A DNA stretch of 64,000 bases from Comamonadaceae bacterium (GTDB taxonomy: Bacteria > Pseudomonadota > Gammaproteobacteria > Burkholderiales > Burkholderiaceae_C): contig JAYWHR010000065.1 in assembly GCA_043777675.1 (NCBI GenBank), positions 9,992 to 73,991 on the forward strand, read 5' to 3'. Shown piece by piece: positions 1 to 9,472 of this stretch. Both the position numbers and the translations under genes were made by a program. The first letter of the stretch is position 1. Every line of letters begins with the position of its first letter. Under the pieces are notes generated by a model. The model did no database searches. It worked only from the letters and a program-made list of their open reading frames with translations, and was not told the origin of the DNA.

Positions 1-115
1 TTGGAGGAAGGTCGGGTTGTGGAGGTTGGAGAAATCTAGTGTCATGCAGGGATTATCCGTGCCCGGCAGGCTCACGTTGACAAGCAGGCGATTTATCGCA
101 CTGAGCGCATGCGAA

Positions 116-1537
116 CTACTGCAATACACCCCGCCTTTGCGCCACCACTTCTGAAGCACTCACAGCATGGGCTTGATTGCCCCAACCCGCGCGGATATAA
201 GTGGCTACAGCAGCAATATCTTCATCGGTGAGCACATGAACGAAAGGCGGCATGCCATAGGGGTGAGGGTTGCCTAGGGTAGCGGGCGCGTAGCCGCCGG
301 CCAAGATAATTCGCACAAGGTTGGCACTGCTAGCTAGGCTGACGGCGCGGTTGCCCGAAAGAGCAGGAATTTTTGTAACGGATGGCGCCATGCCTGGCTG
401 GGCAAGTGCGTCTAGCTCTTGCAGGCCTTGGCCATCTGAGCCATGGCAGGTGGCGCAATATTTGCCGAAAAGTGCAGCGCCTTGGCCAAGCAATTGCTGT
501 GAGATTTTTGCGGCTCCCATACGTGGCGCGGGGCGCTCAGGCAGGCTTTGCAGATAAGCGGCAGCGGCATTCAAATCCTCATCGCGCCAATACTGCGTGC
601 TCTTGGCCACCACTTCGGCCATGGGGCCGAGAGCTGAGGCATTGTGCGTCGCGCCATTTTTGAGAAAAGCAATCACTTCGCTTCGCGGCCAATGTTGTAC
701 GCCGGCTTCCTCTTTCGCATGCAGCGATGGGGCATACCAATCTTGCATCGGCATCAGGGCGCCAGAGAGCAGGCCATCGCTGCTGGCTGCGCCCAGCGCA
801 TTGCGCTGCGCATGGCAAGCGCTGCAATGGCCGAGGCCGCTCACAAGATAGCGGCCTCTTTCCACTTCATTTTTAAAGGGTTTTGAGCCAGTAGCCGGCA
901 CAGAATATGCGTGAGAAGCTATTAATTTAGGAGTGTTCTCGATATCTCCAGCGCTAAAAAAGAGTACGCGCCACACCGCCAAAGCCAGCTGCGTGTTAAA
1001 CGGAAAGCCCAGCTCATGCTCACGGCTGGCCTGCGCAACAGGCTGCACGCCGAGCTGGAAATAGGCATACAGCGCATCGCTGTCAGCGCGGCTGATTTGG
1101 GTGTAATTCGGATAAGGAAAAGCGGGGGTGAGCAAGCGGCCTTGCGCATTCACGCCGTGCTTCATGGCACGATAAAAAGCATCAGCGCTCCACGCGCCAA
1201 TGCCATGCACAGGATCAGGCGTGATGTTGCTGGCGAAGACCGCGCCAAAAGGCGTGTGAATTGCCTTCCCGCCGGCGAATGGCTCGCCGCCTCGCGCGCT
1301 GTGGCAAGCAGCGCAGTTGCCTACTCTTGCTAGATACTCGCCTTGTGCAAGAGCCACATTTTTTTCTTCACTTTTAATACTTTTTTGGGCACTAGCCGGC
1401 ATATCTATTGATCTAAATGCTACTAATTCAATAGCAATCAGGCTGCACAACGTCAGCAGTAAAGCGGTAAGCGCAGCGCCTGCCACGATCAGGCAGCGCT
1501 TAGGCCATGAGGCCGTTTGCCAAAATTGCCGCTTCAT
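116..1537 (-). CDS. Membrane-anchored triheme cytochrome c (gluconate/alcohol dehydrogenase cytochrome subunit-like)
   Basis: Three CxxCH motifs (CAACH, CSACH, CATCH), N-terminal hydrophobic helix, NITPD and APSL motifs. Start moved to the ATG at 1537, which overlaps the upstream stop (ATGA). Confidence 0.85.
   Translation of the reverse strand: MKRQFWQTASWPKRCLIVAGAALTALLLTLCSLIAIELVAFRSIDMPASAQKSIKSEEKNVALAQGEYLARVGNCAACHSARGGEPFAGGKAIHTPFGAVFASNITPDPVHGIGAWSADAFYRAMKHGVNAQGRLLTPAFPYPNYTQISRADSDALYAYFQLGVQPVAQASREHELGFPFNTQLALAVWRVLFFSAGDIENTPKLIASHAYSVPATGSKPFKNEVERGRYLVSGLGHCSACHAQRNALGAASSDGLLSGALMPMQDWYAPSLHAKEEAGVQHWPRSEVIAFLKNGATHNASALGPMAEVVAKSTQYWRDEDLNAAAAYLQSLPERPAPRMGAAKISQQLLGQGAALFGKYCATCHGSDGQGLQELDALAQPGMAPSVTKIPALSGNRAVSLASSANLVRIILAGGYAPATLGNPHPYGMPPFVHVLTDEDIAAVATYIRAGWGNQAHAVSASEVVAQRRGVLQ
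892..934 (+). repeat. 43-bp interspersed repeat, copy 1 (in frame inside cytochrome c gene)
   Basis: tagccggcacagaatatgcgtgagaagctattaatttaggagt; gap-free match to the other copies; encodes TPKLIASHAYSVPAT on the minus strand. Confidence 0.85.
1393..1435 (+). repeat. 43-bp interspersed repeat, copy 2 (in frame inside cytochrome c gene)
   Basis: tagccggcatatctattgatctaaatgctactaattcaatagc; both ends conserved, middle diverged; encodes AIELVAFRSIDMPAS on the minus strand. Confidence 0.75.
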
Positions 1538-2274
1538 TTCACGCCGCCGCATTCAAGAGGCAATGGCAGAGGCAGAGCCAATGGCATTGGCAAGGCCGCA
1601 AGATTGGGTGCTGCAGATATGACGAGTTTGGCTTGAGGCACAGACTGCGCCGCCAGCCAGGTCACCACGGCGCTCACGTCTTCAGGCGTCAGTGTGCGAG
1701 CGATGCGCGCCATGCAATCTGGCGCTTGCGCCTTGCGAATGCCAGTTTGCCAAGCGCCGAGCTGCCCGGCCATATAGTCGCGCGGCAACCCGAGCAAGCC
1801 GGGAATGCTGGGCTGGGCAGTTGCATCGCCTACCAGTGCCGCACCGTGGCAGCTGGCGCAAGCTGCAATCCCCTTGCTGGCATCGCCCCGCAAGGCCAAT
1901 TGCTGGCCGCGCTGCATCACAGCAGCTGTTGTGCCACTGGGCGGCACTTGTGGCTCCGGGTAAGGTAATTGCAATTGCGCGAAATACTGAGCCATCTCCA
2001 TCAAAGCCGCATCGCTTTGATGCTCCACCAAGCCCACCATCAAGCCGTAATGCCGACGGCCATCGCGGAAATTCACGAGTTGGTTGTAGAGATAAAGCGC
2101 GGGCTTGCCAGCAATACGCGGAAAATACACTTCATTGGCTGTGCGCCCCACCGTAGCCGTAGAGCCAGCGCCATGGCATGTGGTGCAGGCTTGCATCCTT
2201 TTGGCAGCGCTTTGCGCGAAGCTGGAGTTAAGTGAAAGCGCACATACGAGCGCGAAAAGAAAGAAAGAATTCAC
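1534..2274 (-). CDS. Diheme cytochrome c4/c553 family protein
   Basis: Signal peptide, CTTCH and CASCH, PRIAGK..YLYNQL and P.L.GLPRDY motifs typical of c4. Confidence 0.85.
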   Translation of the reverse strand: MNSFFLFALVCALSLNSSFAQSAAKRMQACTTCHGAGSTATVGRTANEVYFPRIAGKPALYLYNQLVNFRDGRRHYGLMVGLVEHQSDAALMEMAQYFAQLQLPYPEPQVPPSGTTAAVMQRGQQLALRGDASKGIAACASCHGAALVGDATAQPSIPGLLGLPRDYMAGQLGAWQTGIRKAQAPDCMARIARTLTPEDVSAVVTWLAAQSVPQAKLVISAAPNLAALPMPLALPLPLPLECGGVK

Positions 2275-2318
2275 AGCCTAATGATAGCGCTGCACAAGCA
2301 CCGAGGGCTCGGGCAAGG

Positions 2319-2867
2319 CTAATAACTGCGCCCTGCTTTGTAAGCGGCGTGCGCTCTGGGCGCTAGCGTCGTGGCTGCCGCAAGCCGAGCTCTGGCCTGG
2401 CCCACATGCGCATGGGTGATAGCGAGGCCCAGCGCATCGGCGGCATCTTTGCCGGGCAAGCCGGGAAGCTTCAGCAAACGCATCACCATCTCCTGCACCT
2501 GTGCCTTAGCCGCTTTACCATGCCCCGCCACAGCCTGCTTCATCTGCAAAGCCGTGTATTCAGCCACTGGCATATCCAGTGAGACCAAAGCCGTAACACA
2601 GGCGCCACGCGCTTGGCCAAGCAGCAGCGTGGCCTGCGGATTCACGTTCACAAACACAATCTCAACCGCCGTCTGCGCTGGCTGATACGTGGCGACCACT
2701 TCGCGCACACCGTCATACAACACTTTCAAACGCGCAGGCAAATTGCCACGATCCAGATGCGTGGTGGTGATCGTGCCACTGGCGATGTATTGCAAAACGC
2801 CGCCAGAATACTCCAGCACGCCAAAGCCCGTGGTTTGCAAGCCAGGATCAATGCCTAAGATGCGCAT
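2319..2867 (-). CDS. ruvC: Holliday junction resolvase RuvC
   Basis: [44 protein letters not shown]. Confidence 0.95.
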   Translation of the reverse strand: MRILGIDPGLQTTGFGVLEYSGGVLQYIASGTITTTHLDRGNLPARLKVLYDGVREVVATYQPAQTAVEIVFVNVNPQATLLLGQARGACVTALVSLDMPVAEYTALQMKQAVAGHGKAAKAQVQEMVMRLLKLPGLPGKDAADALGLAITHAHVGQARARLAAATTLAPRAHAAYKAGRSY

Positions 2868-3853
2868 CACAAATCAAAATACCAACGCACAGAATGAAAG
2901 AAGACAGGCGCCGCGAAACACAGCGCGTCCACGCGATCCAGCAGCCCTGTTGCACCCGTGACCGATGGCGCGCCGCTCCAGTTCGTCACACCCCGGTCGC
3001 GCTTTAATGCCTTCATCACCAAATGCCCCAAGCTGCCCGCCGTGCAAGCAATCAAAGCCATGCCTAGCGCCTGGCCTGGCTTAAAGGGCGTGATGCCTGC
3101 CAGCAAGCCCCCCACCAAACCGCCCGCTGCCACGCCCACTGCAAAGCTAGTCCAGGTAAAGCTCATGCTGATCAGTGGTGCACGCGGCTTTCCCTTTAGC
3201 CAGCGCTGCATCACATGCTGCACCACCATACAAATTTGCACGGTAAACACCAAGAAAAATACGAGGAAAGCATTCTTCGCCTCATCCCAGCGCGGAAAAT
3301 CAAGAAGCAACAAAGCCGGCACATGGCTCATGCCATACACACACACCATGATGCCCCATTGCAACTTAGCGTTGCGCTCCAAAAAGCGCTGCGGATCATT
3401 GGCCAGAGCGCTCACCACGGGAATCGCCAAAAACACATAGACCGGAATAAACACCGTAAAGAGCTCAAAATGTTCAGTAATCACCAGCCAAAACTGAATC
3501 GGCAGCACGATGAAAAAAGCCAAAATCAAGCTGCGATGATCGCCACGCCGCGTGGGCGAGAGCGTGATAAATTCGCGCAGCGCGAAAAATGCCACGATCG
3601 CAAAGAGCACAGTAGCCACCGTCTCACCCGCCACCCAACCGATCCAAAAAACCAAGGCCACCAGCCAAGAGGTATTGAGCAAACCGACCAAGCGCTTGAT
3701 CTCCAGCTCCCAAGCTTTGCCCAGCGGCGTTTCGCGCTCACGGAAAGCCAGCGCAAAGAGCACCATGGAGGCCACAAAAAGCAGGCCAAATACGATAATG
3801 AACAGCAAACCAACTTGCTGGGAGGCGGTAAGCGTACGCAAATATTGATTCAT
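2867..3853 (-). CDS. Phosphatidate cytidylyltransferase family membrane protein
   Basis: Multi-TM; ALREF, KRDRGV and [17 protein letters not shown] motifs; adjacent to acyltransferase. Start placed at MNQYL. Confidence 0.8.
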   Translation of the reverse strand: MNQYLRTLTASQQVGLLFIIVFGLLFVASMVLFALAFRERETPLGKAWELEIKRLVGLLNTSWLVALVFWIGWVAGETVATVLFAIVAFFALREFITLSPTRRGDHRSLILAFFIVLPIQFWLVITEHFELFTVFIPVYVFLAIPVVSALANDPQRFLERNAKLQWGIMVCVYGMSHVPALLLLDFPRWDEAKNAFLVFFLVFTVQICMVVQHVMQRWLKGKPRAPLISMSFTWTSFAVGVAAGGLVGGLLAGITPFKPGQALGMALIACTAGSLGHLVMKALKRDRGVTNWSGAPSVTGATGLLDRVDALCFAAPVFFHSVRWYFDL

Positions 3854-3857
3854 TGCG

Positions 3858-4508
3858 TTACACCTCTCTGAGCGCAATCACCGCATCGCGTGCTCTTTCG
3901 GCAAATGCTGCATGATCTTCCACCCAAGCGTCTTCGCCCTGCCCGCTGCGCTGAATTTGGATGGGTGCACCAAAAGTTACGCTGCATAACACGGGCACCG
4001 GCACCACCTCACCCTTGGGCAAAAGGCGCTGAATATTGTTGATCCATGCTGGCACCAGCACTACAAGGGGGAATTTCAACGCTAAGTTGTAAAGCCCGCT
4101 TTTAAACCGTTGCGGCAGCTCCTCGTAGCCTCGCGTACCTTCAGGAAACAAAATGATCGAATCACCATTCGCCAGCGCGTCGATCAAAGGTGCCAGCGGA
4201 TCGCTTAAATTACCAGCCGCATCAACGTTGCGCTCCCGCTCCACGTACACCGCATTGAACACTTCTCGCGTGATCCAGTGCTTAAAAGTCGTCTTCGTCC
4301 AGTAATCTCTTGCAGCAATGGGCCGCGTGATCCCGCGCAGCTCGGCGGGCAATGCTGCCCAAATCATCACTAAATCTGCATGGCTTTGGTGATTGGCAAA
4401 ATAAATGCGCTGCTCGGCCTTAGGCGGGCAGCCATGCCAACGCGCTTGCGCTCCGGTGAGCACACGCACAAGGCTCAGCAAAAAGAAACCCATTAATTTA
4501 GCCAACAT
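3858..4508 (-). CDS. Lysophospholipid (1-acyl-G3P) acyltransferase family protein
   Basis: NHQSHAD (HxxxxD), FPEGTRG, FKSGLY. Confidence 0.87.
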   Translation of the reverse strand: MLAKLMGFFLLSLVRVLTGAQARWHGCPPKAEQRIYFANHQSHADLVMIWAALPAELRGITRPIAARDYWTKTTFKHWITREVFNAVYVERERNVDAAGNLSDPLAPLIDALANGDSIILFPEGTRGYEELPQRFKSGLYNLALKFPLVVLVPAWINNIQRLLPKGEVVPVPVLCSVTFGAPIQIQRSGQGEDAWVEDHAAFAERARDAVIALREV

Positions 4509-4747
4509 GGCTTGATGTTACCCGTGCAGAAGCACAAGTTCTAAGAAATAAGACTGCATTTGTCTTTTTGCTTAGCGGCAACAGCCCACGAATCCGCGAA
4601 GCCGTGAGCGACAGCATTCATAATTTTTGTAGGCACACTGCCGTGCTAAATGTCACACTCCTCATCTGTTCTAGGGAGAGGCTCGTGTCAATGCACCAAT
4701 GATGTTCGGTATCATCAGTCCCTAGGGTTGCCACTACTTATCTACAA

Positions 4748-5809
4748 ATGTCTAAAATTCTCGTTACTGGCGGTGCCGGCTTTATTGGCTCAAATTTCGT
4801 GATTGATTGGCTTACCAATAAAGAGCACGCTGCGGTCAACGTTGATGCCCTGACTTACGCCGGAAACTTAGAGAATCTGAGCAGTCTTGAGAAAAATGCC
4901 GCGCATACCTTCGTTAAAGCCGATATCGCAGATTCAACGCGTATCGCGGAGCTTCTGGCTCAGCATCAGCCCAGTGCCGTGGTGCATTTTGCGGCTGAAA
5001 GCCATGTAGATCGCTCCATTCATGGGCCAGAGGCCTTCATTCAAACCAATATTGTTGGCACATTTCGCTTGCTTGAAGCCGTTCGCACCTATTGGGCAGG
5101 CTTGGCCGCTGATCAAAAAGCCGCATTCCGCTATCTTCACGTCTCGACTGACGAAGTCTATGGCTCACTCAGCGCTGGCGCGCCAGCGTTTACCGAAACG
5201 CACACCTACGAGCCCAACAGCCCCTACAGCGCCAGCAAAGCGGCCAGCGACCATCTCGTGCGCGCCTACCACCACACCTATGGCTTGCCCACGCTCACCA
5301 CCAATTGCTCCAACAATTACGGCCCCTACCATTTCCCCGAAAAGCTCATCCCCCTGATGATCGTCAACGCTTTAGCCGGCAAAAATTTGCCTGTGTATGG
5401 CGATGGCATGCAAATCCGCGATTGGCTTTATGTCAAAGACCATTGCAGCGCCATCCGCCGCGTGCTCGAAGCGGGCAAAGTTGGCGAGGTGTACAACATC
5501 GGCGGCTGGAATGAAAAGACCAATATCGAGATCGTCAAAACCATCTGCGCCCTGCTCGATGAATTGCGCCCCCGTGCAGACGGAAAAAGCTACACCAGCC
5601 AAATCACCTATGTGCAAGATCGCCCCGGCCACGATCGCCGCTACGCCATCGATGCGAGCAAAATCCACAATGAGCTCGGCTGGAAACCTCAAGAGACTTT
5701 CGACAGCGGCATCCGCAAAACCGTGCAGTGGTATCTGGATCATCCGCAATGGGTTGCCAATGTGCAGAGCGGCAGCTACCGCGATTGGGTAGAAAAGCAA
5801 TATGCTTAA
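4748..5809 (+). CDS. rfbB: dTDP-glucose 4,6-dehydratase
   Basis: [53 protein letters not shown]. Confidence 0.97.
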   Translation: MSKILVTGGAGFIGSNFVIDWLTNKEHAAVNVDALTYAGNLENLSSLEKNAAHTFVKADIADSTRIAELLAQHQPSAVVHFAAESHVDRSIHGPEAFIQTNIVGTFRLLEAVRTYWAGLAADQKAAFRYLHVSTDEVYGSLSAGAPAFTETHTYEPNSPYSASKAASDHLVRAYHHTYGLPTLTTNCSNNYGPYHFPEKLIPLMIVNALAGKNLPVYGDGMQIRDWLYVKDHCSAIRRVLEAGKVGEVYNIGGWNEKTNIEIVKTICALLDELRPRADGKSYTSQITYVQDRPGHDRRYAIDASKIHNELGWKPQETFDSGIRKTVQWYLDHPQWVANVQSGSYRDWVEKQYA

Positions 5810-5835
5810 AATAGTGCTAGCCATAGGAGCACATC

Positions 5836-6390
5836 ATGGGTGAAGCACTTGCCAAACAAACTGCAGTCGAATACCTTGCGTGGGAGCCCAAGCAAGAAGA
5901 ACGGCATATTTATGTGCGCGGCGAGATTTTTGCTATATCAGGCGGTACGTTTGAGCACAATGAAATAGCGCTGAATTTAGCGGTTGCGCTTAAATCTCAT
6001 CTCAAAGGCGCGCCCTGTAAGGTTGGTATCAACGATATGCGAGTGGCCGTTGAAAAAGCTGATTGTTATTTTTACCCTGATGTGTTTGTGACCTGCGCCA
6101 CGCGCGACACACAAGATCCAAAAATCACCGAAGTCTATGAAGCGAAGCTTATCGCTGAAGTCCTCTCTGAGAGCACGGCATCGTATGACAGGGGTGCAAA
6201 GTTTGCAGACTATCGCCAGCTCAGCAGCTTAGAAGAATATGTCCTGATTGACCCTGATGCACGCACCGTTGAAGTCTTCCGAAAAAATGCTTCTCATATT
6301 TGGGAGTTGCATCCCAGCAATGCTGCCTCTCCGTCCGTTTCGCTCAATAGCGTGGGCTGGCAGGGCAATTTGGCCGATTTCTTCGGCTAA
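5836..6390 (+). CDS. Uma2 family (DUF820) PD-(D/E)xK endonuclease-like protein
   Basis: GGTFEHNEIA, YFYPDVFVTC, EVLSESTASYDRGAKF..YRQLSSLEEYVLID. Confidence 0.85.
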   Translation: MGEALAKQTAVEYLAWEPKQEERHIYVRGEIFAISGGTFEHNEIALNLAVALKSHLKGAPCKVGINDMRVAVEKADCYFYPDVFVTCATRDTQDPKITEVYEAKLIAEVLSESTASYDRGAKFADYRQLSSLEEYVLIDPDARTVEVFRKNASHIWELHPSNAASPSVSLNSVGWQGNLADFFG

Positions 6391-6416
6391 CAGTAAGCAA
6401 CTACAGGGACCTCAAT

Positions 6417-6500
6417 ATGCAATGGAGTGAAGTCATCGCCAACCCGTTTTTGCAAACCCGAGTGACATGCATGCAATATTTTGCCCGGCTCAAATATTAA
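6417..6500 (+). pseudogene. Possible 5' remnant of a second Uma2-type gene
   Basis: 27-codon ORF MQWSEVIANPFLQ-TRVTC... The first 13 residues resemble my recollection of a Uma2 subfamily N-terminus (MQWxEVxxxPxLQDLPYKIEL); unverified. Confidence 0.35.
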
Positions 6501-6508
6501 TTCGCATC

Positions 6509-6808
6509 ATGCGCCTTCAACCCAAGCAAATTGAGATCATCAAACTGCACACCCTAGATATCTTCGGCCCGCAGGCTGTTGTGCGCTTGTTTGGTTCGAG
6601 GCTTGATGATGCTGCGCTTGGTGGCGATGTCGATTTACACATTGATAGCCCCGTTCCACTAGGCTCCCCAGCGTTAGCCATCAGCCGGATGGGTGCAGCC
6701 TGTTCGCGCGCGATGTGGGGGCGTAAAGTTGATGTGTTGCTCAGTGCCCCAGGCCTGACTGAGCTGCCCATTCATCGCGTCGCGAAAACACAAGGAATTG
6801 TCTTGTGA
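6509..6808 (+). CDS. Minimal nucleotidyltransferase (MNT), putative antitoxin
   Basis: FGSRLDDAALGGDVDL (GS-x9-DxD), about 99 aa; overlaps the downstream HEPN gene by 4 nt. Confidence 0.85.
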   Translation: MRLQPKQIEIIKLHTLDIFGPQAVVRLFGSRLDDAALGGDVDLHIDSPVPLGSPALAISRMGAACSRAMWGRKVDVLLSAPGLTELPIHRVAKTQGIVL

Positions 6809-7299
6809 AACGTATCGATCATGAGCGCTTGGCATTTTTGTGCACCGTCGTGCGCAAAGAAATTACTCTTCTAATGCAAAGCATTCAAGAGTTGCAGCCC
6901 GCTTACGCCAGCAAAAGTGATGCAGAAATCACTGTGCTTCTTTCTACAAATCAGCGGATCAACGAAGTGATTGAGCTTTTCGCGGGGCGCTTTAGCCGTT
7001 TGCAAGACACTGTGGGCGACAAGTTGCTTGAACAACTCATGCGCGCACTCAGCGAGCCACCCCTTGCGCAACTTGCCAAGCTAGATCGCGCTGAGGCACT
7101 GGGCTGGCTGTCTAGCGCTAATTTATGGCTTGAAACGCGCCAATTGCGCAATCTTCTTCTGCACGAATACATCGAAGCGCCAGAGTTGCTGGTAGCGTCC
7201 GTCCGCACTGCGCTTGATCGCTGCAGTTTGCTTCTGGATACGGCAGAGCGCCTTATTGCTGAAGTCAACAAAATAACACCTCAAAATTCTTCATCATGA
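6805..7299 (+). CDS. HEPN-domain protein, putative RNase toxin
   Basis: RFSRLQD and RNLLLHEY (R-x4-H); paired with upstream MNT; stop overlaps rfbA start (ATGA). Confidence 0.8.
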   Translation: MKRIDHERLAFLCTVVRKEITLLMQSIQELQPAYASKSDAEITVLLSTNQRINEVIELFAGRFSRLQDTVGDKLLEQLMRALSEPPLAQLAKLDRAEALGWLSSANLWLETRQLRNLLLHEYIEAPELLVASVRTALDRCSLLLDTAERLIAEVNKITPQNSSS

Positions 7300-8171
7300 C
7301 CACCCAACGCAAAGGCATCATCCTCGCCGGCGGCTCCGGCACGCGCCTGCACCCTGCCACGCTCGCCATCAGCAAGCAATTGCTTCCCGTGTACGACAAG
7401 CCCATGGTGTATTACCCACTCAGCACCCTCATGCTCGCTGGCATACGCGATATTCTCGTCATCAGCACACCGCACGACACGCCGCTGTATCAAAAGCTTC
7501 TGGGCGACGGCAGCCAATGGGGCATTAGCTTGCAATACGCCATTCAGCCAAGCCCTGATGGCCTAGCTCAAGCCTTCATCATCGGCGATAAATTTCTCGG
7601 CAATTCTCCCAGCGCTCTCGTGCTAGGAGACAACATCTTCTACGGCCATGATTTTCAGCAGCTTCTTGGTGCCGCAGATCAGCAAAGTCAAGGTGCCACA
7701 GTTTTCGCTTATCACGTCAAAGACCCCGAGCGCTATGGCGTGGTTGCCTTTGATGCGGCAGGCAAAGCCAACAGCATCGAAGAGAAACCAAAAGCGCCAA
7801 AAAGCAACTATGCTGTAACAGGCCTGTATTTTTATGACAATCAAGTCTCGGCAATCGCTAAAGAAGTCAAGCCCAGCGCTCGCGGCGAGCTAGAAATCAC
7901 ATCCGTCAACGATGCCTATCTGCAAAGGGATCAACTCAACGTGCAGATCATGCAGCGCGGCTACGCATGGCTTGACACAGGCACACACGAAAGCTTACTA
8001 GAGGCCAGCCAATTCATTGCTACCATTGAGCATCGGCAAGGCTTGAAAGTCTGCTGCCCAGAGGAGATTGCCTACAGATCCAGCTGGATTAACGCAGCGC
8101 AGCTCGAAGTCTTGGCCGCACCCTTGGCCAAGAATGCATATGGCCAGTATTTGCGTGGCCTGCTTAACTGA
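7296..8171 (+). CDS. rfbA: Glucose-1-phosphate thymidylyltransferase
   Basis: [48 protein letters not shown]. Confidence 0.97.
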   Translation: MTTQRKGIILAGGSGTRLHPATLAISKQLLPVYDKPMVYYPLSTLMLAGIRDILVISTPHDTPLYQKLLGDGSQWGISLQYAIQPSPDGLAQAFIIGDKFLGNSPSALVLGDNIFYGHDFQQLLGAADQQSQGATVFAYHVKDPERYGVVAFDAAGKANSIEEKPKAPKSNYAVTGLYFYDNQVSAIAKEVKPSARGELEITSVNDAYLQRDQLNVQIMQRGYAWLDTGTHESLLEASQFIATIEHRQGLKVCCPEEIAYRSSWINAAQLEVLAAPLAKNAYGQYLRGLLN

Positions 8172-8205
8172 TCCCAGTCAACGCTGCTAAATTAGGAGTC
8201 AAGCT

Positions 8206-8475
8206 GTGCCAGCCATCAGTATGTTTTACGGTATCGTCATTTATATGTACTTTTTTGATAATGATCGACACCATATGCCCCACATCCATGCCAAGTATCA
8301 AGATTTCAAAGCAATCTTTTCCATAGACGATGGAGCTTTGCTCGGTGGAAATCTCCCGCCTGCAAAAAATCGCTTGGTACAAGCATGGATAGAGATTCGC
8401 AGAGAAGAGCTGGTAGCCGATTGGAGTCTGGCGGTAGAAGGGCAAGCTCCGCTTTCGATTGATCCGCTGCGCTGA
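8206..8475 (+). CDS. DUF4160 family protein (putative toxin of a TA-like pair)
   Basis: MPxISxFYGIVIYMY..D..H..PHIH, LVQAWIE.RREEL..DW; GTG start with AGGAG RBS. Confidence 0.85.
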   Translation: MPAISMFYGIVIYMYFFDNDRHHMPHIHAKYQDFKAIFSIDDGALLGGNLPPAKNRLVQAWIEIRREELVADWSLAVEGQAPLSIDPLR

Positions 8476-8490
8476 AGCATAAGTTGCAAT

Positions 8491-8733
8491 ATGAACCACC
8501 TAGAAGAAGTCACAGCAGTATGTGCACTCAGCGGGCACCAACTGAAGTTAAAGTTTAAGTCCGGTGAAGACCGCTTGTTTGATTGCACTCCTTACCTCAA
8601 CAAAGGCTTATTCAAAGCGCTTCAAAACGAAGCTGTGTTTAATCAAGTCCGACTATGCTCTGGATCAATCGCATGGCCAGGCGGGCTCGATTTATCTCCA
8701 GAAACCTTGTTTGATCGTTCAATCCCATTTTAA
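8491..8733 (+). CDS. DUF2442 family protein (usual partner of DUF4160)
   Basis: L.L.F.SGE.R.FD..PYL, F..V, IAWPGGLDLSPETLF. Confidence 0.8.
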   Translation: MNHLEEVTAVCALSGHQLKLKFKSGEDRLFDCTPYLNKGLFKALQNEAVFNQVRLCSGSIAWPGGLDLSPETLFDRSIPF

Positions 8734-8737
8734 AGCC

Positions 8738-9022
8738 ATGCGCATCACCCCCCAAGAACACATCGCCATCGTCCAAGCTGTCATAGCTCAGGATGCTGCT
8801 GCGCAGATTTTTCTGTATGGCTCGCGGGCAGATGATCAAGCCTTGGGCGGCGACATTGATCTACTGCTTCTGTCCCAAAAAATCAAATTCGACAACAAAC
8901 TAGACATCTTGGTAAGCCTGCGCCACAGCCTAGGGGAGCGCAAAATTGATATTGCTGTGTATCCCGATGCGAGCAGGCCATTTGCGCAAGTTGCGCTTGA
9001 AACTGGTATTCGGCTCAACTAA
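8738..9022 (+). CDS. Second minimal nucleotidyltransferase (MNT), putative antitoxin
   Basis: YGSRADDQALGGDIDL and ERKIDI. Start reassigned to ATG at 8738, 4 nt after the DUF2442 stop. Confidence 0.85.
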   Translation: MRITPQEHIAIVQAVIAQDAAAQIFLYGSRADDQALGGDIDLLLLSQKIKFDNKLDILVSLRHSLGERKIDIAVYPDASRPFAQVALETGIRLN

Positions 9023-9024
9023 TC

Positions 9025-9465
9025 ATGCAGGCCAAGCTCACCCTCTTAAAAGCTGAGTTGGCTAGCCTCGAGCTTGCAGCGCAACATCTGAGGTTCTCTA
9101 TAGCGCGCTGTGATGGCTTTGCCAGTTGGCAGCCACCCACGCCAGAGCAGCTAGAGCGTTTAGAGTTTCTCTCTGCCAGATTTGCCAGGTTGGCTGACTT
9201 ACTGATACAGCGCATTTTTCGCTTGATTGATGACATTGAGATCGTCGGCTCCAGCACTGTGCTTGACAGAATTTATCGTGCTGAAAAACGTGGCTGGTGC
9301 GTAGCCTCTGATCTGATCAGAATCAGAGAGCTTCGCAACACCATCGCCCATGAATACGCCAGCGAAGCTATGGCCGAAATGTATACAAGTATTGCAGCTT
9401 TTTCTGAAATCCTATTGCAAGCCGCTCAGCAAACAATCAACGGCGCACAAGCGCACTTAAAATGA
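9025..9465 (+). CDS. Second HEPN-domain protein, putative RNase toxin
   Basis: RFARLAD and RNTIAHEY (R-x4-H); 2 nt after MNT, 7 nt before rfbC. Confidence 0.8.
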   Translation: MQAKLTLLKAELASLELAAQHLRFSIARCDGFASWQPPTPEQLERLEFLSARFARLADLLIQRIFRLIDDIEIVGSSTVLDRIYRAEKRGWCVASDLIRIRELRNTIAHEYASEAMAEMYTSIAAFSEILLQAAQQTINGAQAHLK

Positions 9466-9472
9466 TAAAACC

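Noticed and set aside
1-45. Minus-strand start MTLDFSNLHNPTFLQ at the window edge, faintly HemE-like
   Set aside because: Only 15 codons; cannot be assigned.
4671-4725. CTAGGGA/TCCCTAG and TGATG/CATCA stems upstream of rfbB as a riboswitch or JUMPstart
   Set aside because: Stems are short enough to arise by chance, and there is no GGCGGTAG ops motif.
5810-9472. Integron cassette array explanation for the TA genes
   Set aside because: RYYYAAC-like sites occur (end of Uma2, end of rfbA), but no matching GTTRRRY or attC palindromes follow, and there is no integrase.
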